Part shown: one piece after another, positions 51,698 to 64,000 of the stretch
Position numbering within the stretch: position 1 is the first letter of the stretch
Layout of the letters: each line of letters starts with the position of its first letter
DNA from: Ophelia neglecta
Taxonomy: Eukaryota
NCBI GenBank assembly: GCA_965285935.1
Contig: OZ260666.1
Location: forward strand, 4,898,001 to 4,962,000
Reading direction: 5' to 3'
Length of the DNA stretch: 64,000 nt
Translations under genes and position numbers: made by a program
The notes under the pieces: generated by a model
The model's input: the letters and a program-made list of their open reading frames with translations, nothing else
The model's database searches: none
Told to the model about the DNA's origin: nothing

Positions 51698-54395
51698 CTA
51701 CTCCCACTTTTTATTAGATAAACCTCTACCTCTCGAGTGCCCATAGTGCATTCCGGCGTTCCCACCTGTGCTTGGTGGGATGTCAGGTAAGGGTATCGGC
51801 AATTCTTCGTAGCTATGACAGCTGATTCTGTCTGGTCCAAGGAAACCTGCAAAGGTGAGATTAGTGATTGTATCAGAAAAATATATGGTGTAATATATAT
51901 AGTTTTGTAGAATCTGAAAGAGTCCAATGCATGCTTGAACTCACGCCGATTTTAAAGATGTTAGAAACACTGCGGTATAATTGGCTCTGCCTTCACTTTT
52001 GTAGGGTAGCTCTTTGGCCAGCATTACTACCATTATCAGTCCAGCCTACGGTACTTTAATAACGTTTTAACGATAATGATAATCATAATGAGAATTGGTT
52101 AAAGTTCTTCCATATTTCCCCAATTGACATGTTACCCCCGGAATTGTCAAGTTACACTTTCCCTATAATTATTAAATCACTTTGGGCAAAACGCTGAACT
52201 GACGGCCATGGCTTGTATACACTTTGTATACTGACCGCCAGAGCTTGTATACAAATTGTACCCCCCAGGCCTTGTATACACATTGTATACTGACCGCCAG
52301 GGCTTGTATACAAATGGTACCGCCAGGGCTTTATACATATAGTAACCTGACCGCCAGGGCTGGTATACACATTGTATTAAAAAATAATTCTCTACTACTC
52401 AAATTGACTACTTAATCTTAAAGACCTGTGCTTGACATATAAGTGAGTCTTATATATATGTCCAATGTTGGCTGGATGGTATCCAGTCATTTATTGCTGC
52501 GTACTGTTGTGTGATGGGTTGCGTCTTACTATTCTAGCATTTGTGTAAACAAAGTTATCATGCTAGTCCACTGGTCGTTATAAACGCAATACAACTGTAC
52601 AGTTAATCTGAAATGTTACCTCGATGGCACCGTATAATGAACAGCAATACTGGGAGTATCACTCCAATAGCTACTGAGATGGTCACTGTAAACATTAACT
52701 GGTACGGATTCTCGGGTGGCAGCCAAACGTCACCTTTAACGATAATGTCACTCACTCAGATTCAAAGAGTTCAGTTTTGAAATCAATTGACAATCTAAAA
52801 TGTAACAATTGAATAAAAAGTGCTAAGATATCTTTTTCTTGGAATCGCTGTTTTATTCTCACATGCACATCCGTTGAAGGAAAGGAACAGTCGGCATAAA
52901 TAAACAGGAACCAACTCCAGTTGGCACGCCCGTGCCTCCTGATGTCTGTTTCAATACATACCTCTATAGGCCTTTGCGTTAAGGTTGAGGGGAAATCAAC
53001 ATTTGCGTCTTGGTATCGCTTAAGGTGGACATAATGCTAATCATACCTAAACCAATCTTTGTCCAGTACAAACTTGGATGAATGGGTTGGGTTTGAATTA
53101 TAGAATGACTGAAATTATATATATTATATTGTTATCAATGCTGCTCTCGTCACTACTTTTGATTTCGCCGTTTACACAAAACACCCAATCTTGTATGAAG
53201 AAACGTGTAGGTTTCTCTAGACACACAATCAACAAAAAATTGAATATAGTATAGCTCCCAATGAAATAAAATAATAAAAGGCAGACATACACAGAAAACG
53301 GTGACGGTTTAGAGAATAACCATAATAATAGTGCTATATGAAAGTTATAAAATATAATGCCTAACTGTTTTTTTATATATTAAATACGTTCTCACTTGGA
53401 TCTGACTCTAATGCAGAGCCATCTTCCCGTCCATCTTCTGGTAGAGAGGTAGATGTGACGTTACAGGTCATTAGATGCCCGTTTGAAGTGATGAAACCGG
53501 GAGATGGCTTTCCTGAAAAGATAAAGGTCAATAAACAAGAACTAATGTTGGTCTGAGTACTTCCATTTGTATGAACTATATTCCATTCACTTTGGCGTGT
53601 TTTGGTAAAGGTTACTTACATGGGGTATGTAACAGTGCTAATAGATATATATGTTTACGAAATATTTGTATTAAAAACACCGTTACTTTATGCTCTTGCA
53701 CTGAGCCACAATGAGAAGCAAATTTGAAAGGTACCACGGCTTACCACAGACGAATAATGTATGGCTTTCCGCATAGTTCGTTTTGCGACAGTAGAAGTTA
53801 CCGGCGTCATTAAATGTGACGTTAAACAAGGTCAACTTCAGGACAGGTCCATCCGCTTCATTGTCGACTGTCGCCTTCATGGCGGTTTTCTTCCTTATTA
53901 GCACAGTGCTGGCAAATATGTTGAATATGTTCTGTTTTCTATTGTTGTAGCATTTGGTAGGTTCTATGCCGTGCCCGGTTGGTAGCTTCCAGGACAGGGT
54001 GACATTGTCGCCTGTGTACACTCGGGTGACATTATCTGTGGAAATGTTTCTTTTACTTATCTAATCATATTATTTATTTTCTGTGGTTATTGAAAATGTT
54101 CATATCTTTAAGAGAGCACTTCTCTTAAGTTAGAATAAAATTTCACGTTCGTTTGAGAAAACAACTGTGTGATATTGCTTATATAAGCAGAGATATTCAA
54201 ATTCATACACGAATATCCTACGTGTCCATGTGATCTGGTTTAATAAAATACTCTCAATTTCTGCGTAAAACATCGATAGTTATATGTCTATGAGGACCAT
54301 ATTACCGATATATCATATAGTTACTTACCTAAACTTGCCAGTGCACCAAACATTTGACACACGCCGAACACCGCGACGATATATATCGGCTTCAT
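51698..54395 (-). CDS. Gene D: paralog of gene C with internally deleted second Ig exon
   Basis: Exons 54395-54329 (MKPIYIVAVFGVCQMFGALASL), 54035-53745 (DNVTLSWKL..TKCYN..NDAGNFYC), 53512-53396, 52733-52620 (TM; 114 nt as in C), 51846 to either the donor at 51766 or TAG at 51698 (HSYEELPIPLPDIPPST, cf. HDYEDIQPPLLELPPST in C). 3' end uncertain. Confidence 0.75.
52199..52377. repeat. Degenerate ~26-32 bp tandem repeat (~6 units) in a gene D intron
   Basis: CCGCCAGGGCTTGTATACA...TGTA(TACTGA) recurs. Confidence 0.85.
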
Positions 54396-54721
54396 AACTT
54401 ACACATTAATTATTCTGAAATGAAAACAAATACCCATTTCTGCATCTGATAGTAAATACCCATTTATCTCAAATATATTACCCGCATATTTACTCGCTTA
54501 TTGAAGATAACACCGATTTATTCAAACGTTAGATGCTTATGTGAGATTGGGGAGTTGCTGTAAACCAAGATGCCGTGGATAGATAAAGATATTGAATTTG
54601 TTGTAGGAAAGCTTTCAATAGCCTATTGGTATTGAGGAACCGGGGTTTCCCCCTATTCTTGTTAGAAAAGACGCTATGGGGTCTTTAACGTGCATAGTAC
54701 AATGCACACATACGGCTTATA

Positions 54722-55490
54722 AGATTCAGATTCAGATAATATTTATTCAGTCATATGGCATACATGTTGATAGAAATATAATTGTATTAAAAGTCGATAT
54801 TGTTGACAATAAAAAATGATTTTAACAAAATAATACGAATATTTGAACTGGGAGACTCTCACTAAGTATCAATTAGAGAGCCACCCTTTAGAATGTGTTG
54901 TAGCTGTGTTAGATTAATACATTTAACAGTCACTGACAGCAGGAAATTTAAACGATATACATCTAGCTGACAAAAAAGAAAATTGTGATTTTAGACACAG
55001 TGGTGAAAAGTTATGTTACAGAGATTGCAACCTCAAGGTAAGTTAACAAAAAGTTTCTGCTGTCCCTTTGCATAGACTTAAGCTCTGAGTGACGGCCACG
55101 ATCCCCCGCAGCACACAGAGCTACCTGTAAGCGGGATCCTGTCCCCCACCACCAACAGCACGCGATGCCCGACACACATAGCAATTGTTCACAGAACATG
55201 TATCAACATATCTATTCAACATAGATCTCTTAATGTAGTTGGATTAACCTTCAAAGCCATGCGTATTAGCCTTTTCCAATATAGAAGATGGAGTGTCATT
55301 TAAAGTTCTGACTACTTTGTGTCTATGCACTTGTCGGCAAAATGCATGCCTTGTGCGAGCGACATCGAACCTGTCACCATATCTCGTGTTATAAGCGTGT
55401 ACCTGAGAAACTTGTCCATATGAAATGACTTGAAATATTCCGGAAGCTTAATATTTACATACTTGAAATAAAACTTAAGAATATTCAGCC
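54722..55490 (-). mobile_element. CR1-like LINE 3' fragment
   Basis: Minus-strand LKFYFKYVNIKLPEYF...TPSSILEKANTHGFEG..YIK resembles the CR1 ORF2 C-terminus; ends in AATAAA plus a short (TGAATC) tail at ~54722-54747. Confidence 0.55.
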
Positions 55491-57260
55491 ACCGTCCACC
55501 CTCAACATTCAACTAACGACCTGCCAGCTTTGAAGCCTTGCTAGATATTTTGACGGGCAGTCTGCCAGTCTAGGCACACAGGTTTGAATAGTTTATTAGC
55601 CTTACTGTTTCCTGCTAAGACACATGGTTGCTGTTTGAAGCGTTTCACCTTTCCTGATAGCCTAACCTATTATATTTTAACTATTGAACGTCGCAAATTT
55701 TTCTTTTAAAAGTTTAATTGCCAAACATAAATGGTCTGTTAGAACTCCATTCGCTTATATTCACCACGAATATATGATGTATTTATCTGTATGGGATTTA
55801 CCTGAAGTCTTAGCACACCAATCAAAATACTACTAAATGTTTAACTGCAGTATCATTTTGAACATTTACTAGAGCACCCCCAGCGACGCATAACCCCCCC
55901 CCCCCCCCGCCCCCTCCTCCCAATAATCATAAATCTATAGCTTATGACATGGTTTCCAAAACATTTTTCCTCAGCGCGACAGAAAATAGGATATCATACA
56001 TAATTACCCATAATGATAGCTATAATTCATATAATTTTCCAGTTATGGATGTTTACATATGCTATCCGATAGGGAGCGCTGGTAGTGTTTGATTAATTGC
56101 ATCCTGTAGAAAAACATGACCTGTAACAATGCCACTAAAAGTAATAATCCCATATCGCACACTTTGAGATAATCTACTTCCTTGTGTCAGACACACTTTC
56201 TCCCTTCCCCCCCACCCCCCACCCCCCTCCCCGAACCTACGTCGCCCTTATAGCGATAATCTGTAACACAGTATCCTGTTGAATCCAAATTACCTTTCAA
56301 ATGTCTCCCAGTACACCTTGGGATGTACTTAATTGATCTGTTAGCTGCCCCCACCCCTTTTCAAGTTCTCCCAAACACATAGTCACACTCCAGTGTGACC
56401 TCCATGCTCCCTTCTCCATTCTCTTTCCGTCCTCCCCCCCCCCCCCCCCATTTCCCTCGTGCCCCCTACTTCCCTCGCATTCCCCTGTCTAAAGTGGTTC
56501 CATGCCTCTTCCCCCTCCTATTCCGCCCTTCTGCATGTCAGCCGTCCCCATGACTCTTCCTTCCCCCATACTGTTCCCCACACATTCCCGCCCCCATACA
56601 ACCCTTCCCCCATTTCCCCCCGATTGTTGTTGAATTGCTAGCGTCGATTTGAAAACGACTTGATGCCATGATGATTATGGCTGATACTCGGAACCTGTAC
56701 AAGAACAACGTTAGTTGTTGGGCGATTTCTTGACTAGTAACAATCTTATACAGTGTACGTCATTCATAGAATATTAAATGGCGCGAGCAGCTGTTCAATT
56801 ACATAGTCCACGCATAAGATACAAATTAATTAGCTTACTTGTGTCCTTAATGCGCTCTACTCTTACAGAATGTTCAGCAGAACTCATTCTCTCCCAGAGC
56901 TTGCTCTTGCTCCATTGTCATATGATAAAATAAAGCCACAAGTCTTAACGAACCTTATCAGAAAAACAGTCACGACAACAGCCCAATTATTTATCAGTGC
57001 ATCCGGAAAAGTATCGTGGCGCCTACCAGGACGGAATTGTGTATATTTTCAAGCAACTACAATGTAAGGTAGATAATGCTCCCTAGGTTTAGCGTCCAAA
57101 CTTTATCAAGTCGTCATTGAGTCCCCGGCTAGACATGGAATAGACAATTTAATTTCGTTTGCAATTGCACATTTACTTATCCAGGAACTTATTACTAGTG
57201 ATTAGGCAAATCGACAATCTCGTTCTGGCGAAATGTATCACACAACCTCGAATTTTGATG

Positions 57261-59443
57261 GACTTATCATAGTAGTATTCCTTTTCATTGACTTTTAGGT
57301 AGACTTATCATAGTAGTATTCCTCTTCATTGACTTTTATGTAGACTTATCATAGTAGTATTCCTTTTCATTGACTTTTAGGTAGACTTATCATAGTAGTA
57401 TTCCTTTTCATTGACTTTTAGGTAGACTTATCATAGTAGTATTCCTTTTCATTGACTTTTAGGTAGACTTATCATAGTAGTATTCCTTTCATTGACTTTT
57501 AGGTAGACTTATCATAGTAGTATTCCTTTCATTGACTTTTAGGTAGACTTATCATAGTAGTATTCCTTTTCATTGACTTTTACGTAGACTTATCATAGTA
57601 GTATTCCTTTCATTGACTTTTAGGTAGACATCATAGTAGTTATCCTTTTCATTGACTTTTAGGTAGACTTATCATAGTAGTATTCCTTTCATTGACTTTT
57701 AGGTAGACGTATCATAGTAGTATTCCTTTTCATTGACTTTTAGGTAGACTTATCAAAGTAGTATTCCTTTCATTGACTTTTAGGTAGACTTATCATAGTA
57801 GTATTCCTTTTCATTGACATTTAGGTAGACTTATCATAGTAGTATTCCTTTCATTGACTTTTAGGTAGACTTATCATAGTAGTATTCCTTTCATTGACTT
57901 TTACGTAGACTTATCATAGTAGTATTCCTTTCATTGACTTTTAGGTAGACATCATAGTAGTTATCCTTTTCATTGACTTTTAGGTAGACTTATCATAGTA
58001 GTATTCCTTTTCATTGACTTTTAGGTAGACTTATCATAGTAGTAATCCTTTTCATTGACTTTTAGGTAGACTTATCATAGAAGTATTCCTTTTCATTGAC
58101 TTTTAGGTAGACTTATCACAGTAGTATTCCTTTTCATTGACTTTTAGGTAGACTTATCATAGTAGTATTCCTTTTCATTGACTTTTAGGTAGACTTATCA
58201 TAGTAGTATTCCTTTCATTGACTTTTAGGTAGACTTATCATAGTAGTATTCCTTTCATTGACTTTTAGGTAGACTTTTCATAGTAGTATTCCTTTCATTG
58301 ACTTTTAGGTAGACTTATCACAGTAGTATTCCTTTTCATTGACTTTTAGGTAGACTTATCATAGTAGTATTCCTTTTCATTGACTTTTAGGTAGACTTAT
58401 CATAGTAGTTATCCTTTTCATTGACTTTTAGGTAGACTTATCATAGTAGTATTCCTTTCATTGACTTTTAGGTAGACTTATCATAGTAGTATTCCTCTTC
58501 ATTGACTTTTATGTAGACTTATCATAGTAGTATTCCTTTTCATTGACTTTTAGGTAGACTTATCATAGTAGTATTCCTTTTCATTGACTTTTAGGTAGAC
58601 TTATCATAGTAGTATTCCTTTTCATTGACTTTTAGGTAGACTTATCATAGTAGTATTCCTTTCATTGACTTTTAGGTAGACTTATCATAGTAGTATTCCT
58701 TTCATTGACTTTTAGGTAGACTTATCATAGTAGTATTCCTTTTCATTGACTTTTAGGAAGACTTATCATAGTAGTATTCCTTTTCATTGACTTTTAGGTA
58801 GACTTATCTTAGTAGTATTCCTTTCATTGACTTTTAGGTAGACATCATAGTAGTTATCCTTTTCATTGACTTTTAGGTAGACTTATCATAGTAGTATTCC
58901 TTTCATTGACTTTTAGGTAGACTTATCATAGTAGTATTCCTTTTCATTGACTTTTAGGTAGACTTATCAAAGTAGTATTCCTTTCATTGACTTTTAGGTA
59001 GACTTATCATAGTAGTATTCCTTTTCATTGACTTTTAGGTAGACTTATCATAGTAGTATTCCTTTCATTGACTTTTAGGTAGACTTATCATAGTAGTATT
59101 CCTTTCATTGACTTTTAGGTAGACTTATCATAGTAGTATTCCTTTCATTGACTTTTAGGTAGACTTATCATAGTAGTATTCCTTTTCATTGACTTTTAGG
59201 TAGACTTATCATAGTAGTATTCATTTTCATTGACTTTTAGGTAGACGTATCATAGTAGTATTTCTTTTCATTGACTTTTAGGAAGACTTATCATAGTAGT
59301 ATTCCTTTTTATTGATTTTAGGTAGACTTATCATAGTAGTATTCCTTTTCATTGATTTTAAGGTAGACTTATCATAGTAGTATTCCTTTTCATTGATTTT
59401 AAGGTAGACTTATCTTAGTAGTATTCCTGTTCATTGACTTTTA
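57261..59443. repeat. 40-41 bp minisatellite, ~54 copies
   Basis: Unit GACTTATCATAGTAGTATTCCTTT(T)CATTGACTTTTAGGTA repeated head to tail without spacers. Confidence 0.98.
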
Positions 59444-62400
59444 TATCATTAAGTGTGCATCTACCTCGCATCTGGATTTTGAATAATCCGATTTTCTATT
59501 TTTCCTCTATTATCAAGATTACCAATTAAGAATTCATAATACCACCGAGAATAGGTCACCAGGGCATTGTCGAGTTCCCCTTTAAGCGACCGTAGAGGCC
59601 CATTACTAGAGTTTGTAGCGATCTACGGTTGTATAAACATTGATACCCGAATGACATAATTAGTCAAACAGTATCAGCGCGGTAGAGCACGGAAAAAGTC
59701 AGGCACGAAGATAATTCCCAGAGTTGTCCTTGTGAAATTGACATAAGATATGAATAATGAGCGCTTATCGCTTTCTCCAAGGTCTGCTGATATAAATTTA
59801 TACGTATAGTCAGGCAACGTGCCAGAACTATTGAAATGCTTAAAATACTCTCATCATTTTGAAATTCTCTTCCCCTCCCCCACCCCCTCATCTAACGTCG
59901 CCCATTCATATTCAAACAAAACACCAGTTCTATGCCACACCACTACTCCTGAACGTTACATAACAAATAAATTATCTAACTCATGATACATGCCAATCTA
60001 TCCGGCCTTCTTAGTCAAAATACAACACTGCAATAGTTCTCACCTAACGTTTTACTTTCTCCCCCGAGACCCGTCCTACCTTCAGCCCCGAACCATTATC
60101 TCCTGACCGATGTTTAATCCTAAAACCAGAAGATTTCCAAGAAACCAACCGAAGCATTTTGCCCCATAACATTTAACTCCCACCATCGCAAGCCACTTCT
60201 CCGACCATCTATGGTTACTAGAATTAAAACTGTTTGATTAATTTGTAAACCTAACGCTAGTTTAGACAGGCAAAAGATGATGTTAAAACATAAATATACT
60301 CCAATCAAGTGTAGTTTTCTAGATTGATAGCAGTCGCAAGTTGAATGAGGAAACAGTTTGGCATAACAGTCAGATTACCCACAGCTCCGCCATGTATTAT
60401 CATCAGATGACACGAAGAGAGTATTTAACCTATGCTTTAGATAAAACTCCGTGGGCTAATCTACATGATATAAATTATCCACACTTCTCCTATACAAGGT
60501 CCATGTAGCTGACTTGAATACAATAATATATTCCTATATTATTATAGTAATATTTGTAGGATTAAGGATTTGTAATATATTGAACTATATTACGCTTGCC
60601 TATTGTGTCTTATTAGAGCAATGAAATGAAAAAATAGTAATGAAAGTTGCATTCAAATTTTAGAATTGCTTGTAGCGCACCGTATTAATGATCAGTGGCC
60701 AAGGGCCAGTCAATTTTATTCAATATAGTTATCTACTGTATATCTTTGCTTGCTGATACATAATATTCCAGTAACAGGCAGCCATTTGCAGGGCTCCATG
60801 CATACCCCTCCCGATGTTTAATGTGATGTGACTGGTCGCTGTAAACACTGCATATTGATAGTACCCCTTCCGTGTATATGAACATTATCATATTTGTAAC
60901 CTCTCTACTTATTACATATCTCTTAGAACCAGAACTTTCATTAAATGACTTATTTTCACTTACTTTCCTCTCATCACTGATGCTTATCCTCTGTCCTACT
61001 CCTAATTTTCAGTCCTGCTCCTAATGCTGTGTCCTACTCCTAATGCTCTGTCCCGGATCTATTGTAATACTGATCACATACAAATTATATCACTTCCGCC
61101 CTGTCGAGGCCTCAAGGTTGCTGTGAACTAAATAGCAGTTATTCCATGCAGTGCTGCCCCCCTGGTAGGTGTTCCAAAGTAATAAAGTTGGCCAAGCTGT
61201 GATTGGCCAAAAAAGGCAGAAAAAATACCCGGGTTGCCTGGTTTATGTGTTAATAGTAAAATTTAGATAGTATGCTTATGAATAGTAAATAATTTTTGAC
61301 CGGGTATGGTATTGTTTTGGAATTGTGGGATTCCGAAAGACCCATGTGGATATTTTTGGGTTCATTTGTGCGGTATGGCAGCCAAAAGTGACAAAAACAA
61401 GTAAAATGGCCCCTTTTTCTTCTCGAGCCTCTAGCAAATGTTTTTTTGTTTATTGCTATGCTGAATTTTTGAAATTTTTTCCCTAATACATAGGCATATA
61501 GGCAGAACTAGTCGCTATATGCAGATTATTGTTGTGAAAATACGAAAAATGACGACGAAACGCCTCGATTTAACATGTAAGAGATAGGAGATTTATTTAG
61601 TTCCCTGCAACCTCAACAAATTTGATTAGCCAGGATCAATTATGGAGCATATGAATAAATTCAAGGCAGTGCTCCATATTTTGGCTACTCTGTCACACAC
61701 AAAATATTTTGGCCATTTTGTCAAACAAAAAGCCTATCAAAGCATGGGATTCAGCCGAAAGTTTGAATTTGGAAAAGTTAAATTAGGTGTAAGGTAATTT
61801 TGTTTGGCGGTATATTTGGTCCTGTTGTTATGGCAACCTAGATTAATCTGCGACAATAAAGCTTCTTTGCTTATCAACCAGGAATCCAGAAAAAATAATA
61901 ATTTAGCACTTAAGTTGATATTTAATCGGTTTCATTTAAAGCTGCGAAAAGCACATTCTGTTCTTAAGAGAGTGGGTGGTTCATGAAGGATTACGTCCTC
62001 TTTCGGGGGACATTTTTGTGGACACTATGCAGTTTCGAAAAAGGACGTTTCCACCAAATTTGTTAGTTGTTATTATAAGGTGTACTTGGTAGGCCGTTCA
62101 GCTGGTAAAATATATAGACTATAATCACAAAATACTGATCGCCTTATACCTGTCTCTCTCTCCAGAACTAGAAGATTTTGCCGATACTCTCTATTTCCGT
62201 TGGCATGTTTGGTTGATTCTGTTGAAGGTCTCCGTTTGTCTTTGTAAGAACTACGGAAGACCCTTCCACGTCCTTCGTTTACAATATCGGGAACCTCTAT
62301 ATAGGCAAGCGGTTTAGATGAATTGGCCACATAAAACTTATATCGAGATTAATATTCTTACCTCTATTCTAAGACTTTTGTAGATGAGACATCATTTTGG

Positions 62401-63381
62401 ACTAATTCTACTCTCTTTACTTAATTGCCCGATTATCAAATATTTTGTGAATAAACAGTCATCGGTGGTAATAATGTAATCTGCTATTTAACAAATTGTG
62501 ATTAAGACTGCGCACTTGGCACAAAATATCGAACGATAAAATATCAACCACATCTTTCAAATTAATAAATAGAAAGATAAGCTTCATGCAATAACCATAT
62601 GATACATTATTAGGTTTATATACAGTACGTTTACATCTTACAGGTGGGAGTGGAATCTTAGTGCATACATAAATACATTGGTTTAAACCGAAGCAAAATG
62701 TAACGTTATATGGTGTCACAGAATTACTGTAATTAGTTAGCCTGTTTTTGACATAAGGTGGAATTGCACTAATTATCATTATCATATGAACAGGCAGAAT
62801 GCTAACACCAGTGAATGATTAATTACGATATACTTTGGCATTTTTACAACTCTAATGCTGCCTCTCAAGCGCATTTTCCGCCTTGGTCATAATTCTTCAT
62901 TTTAATCACAAAGTTTTTCATAAATATAAATATAATGTGTTGATATAGGACGGCCTGGGCTTGTATGTATCCTCAATGGTGTAACTTCTAGTGATCTAGT
63001 AGAGGTCGAGCGGGCCCGGCTTTCTACTTAATACAAATAATCCCAGAGACTGGCAGGTGTTACTTAGGAGGTGTGAGGTGGATTTCCCTCCCAGGGGTGG
63101 GGCTGGGAGAAGCCGTGGTATAAGCCCTCACAGGGCCTCTTACCCTAGTTAAAGACGACCCGCATATTATTATTGATAGAAATGATAAGTATTCACACAC
63201 ACCAGCCTACATACATGAATATAATGAGTTCATGGGATCAATTCTATAATCTGTTCCTAAATATAAACAATGAACTTACTAGTTTCACTATACCACACTC
63301 CATTCTCTCTCCTTGACTGTTAATGATCTGTGATATTCCCTGGCAACAGCTGACTCTTCTTCCATCGTCACGCGACAAAAT

Positions 63382-63619
63382 CCAGGGCCCGGTTTCTAGA
63401 GCAGTTTTAAGTAAAAGACACATGTAACCATAGGGCCGATTAGCTTAGACGTTGTCAATCAGTGCTTCAATTGACCAGCTTTGAGTTTAAGATCAAAATG
63501 GCTAGGTTTAAACCAAACCCAACTACAAGAAAACCAACTTTAGAACCATTAATTACTTCTTTAATCCTGCTTTTAATTCTAGATAAGAGCAAAGACGCTT
63601 TCCAGCATACGGGCCCTGG
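63382..63619. mobile_element. MITE (possibly PIF/Harbinger-like)
   Basis: Termini CCAGGGCCCG ... CGGGCCCTGG are inverted repeats around ~220 bp of non-coding sequence. Confidence 0.55.
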
Positions 63620-64000
63620 GCTTAAACGACCCTTATCAGCAAATTGTCATTAATATAGAACAATGCATCCTCGGTGCTGCCATTGGGGGCATCTTCCAGG
63701 CCAAAGTATATTATCATCACTCAAACGACATTGAAAGTTAGTAATACTATTCCTTCATACGTTTAGGGTACAAACCTAGGACCTGGTTTTCCCCAACATC
63801 AAGGAAGCTGTCATGGCAACCTAGGCTAGATACGGACATATATATTGATCTTCTGCAATTTGAGAATATCTTTGTCAAAAACTTATATTGATTGATACTC
63901 ATGAACTACGTCGCATCGAAATACACCAGAAAGACAACATTAGACAAAAGCCTCTCGTACTTTTTCGCCACGCTCGGTCTTGCACACACTTATATTACTA

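Noticed and set aside
54642-54651. NF-kB site GGGGTTTCCC upstream of gene D
   Set aside because: It matches the consensus but sits in a segment (..GGGGTCTTTAACGTGCA..) that looks like a dispersed SINE fragment; a single 10-mer is insufficient.
57261-59443. CRISPR array
   Set aside because: Contiguous near-identical units with no unique spacers, no cas genes, eukaryotic context.

Overview
AT-rich, intron-containing invertebrate animal DNA (L2/CR1 LINEs and a tRNA-derived Meta-type SINE; possibly a lophotrochozoan, not certain) with two assembly gaps. The window is a cluster of immunoglobulin-superfamily (IgSF) single-pass receptor genes, which I reconstructed by hand from GT-AG junctions. Gene A (minus strand, 5362 to <1) is intact within the window and encodes signal peptide, atypical IgV, second beta-rich domain, Ser/Thr stalk, TM, 6 ankyrin repeats and a Mab-21/cGAS-like (cGLR) nucleotidyltransferase-fold domain, i.e. 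a cell-surface 'receptor cGLR'. Its 1.58 kb last exon is missing from the ORF track because it runs off the window edge. Gene B (plus strand, 37607-44052) is its inverted paralog: intact through the ankyrins, but with frameshifts and stops at the start of the Mab-21 region. Genes C (minus, 23798-15747) and D (minus, 54395 to ~51698), plus a remnant at ~48.1-48.7 kb, form a second IgSF family with tyrosine-motif tails. All four N-terminal V-like domains have Trp where the B-strand Cys is expected. The rest consists of L2 and CR1 LINE pieces, a SINE, MITEs and a 2.2 kb 41-bp minisatellite.
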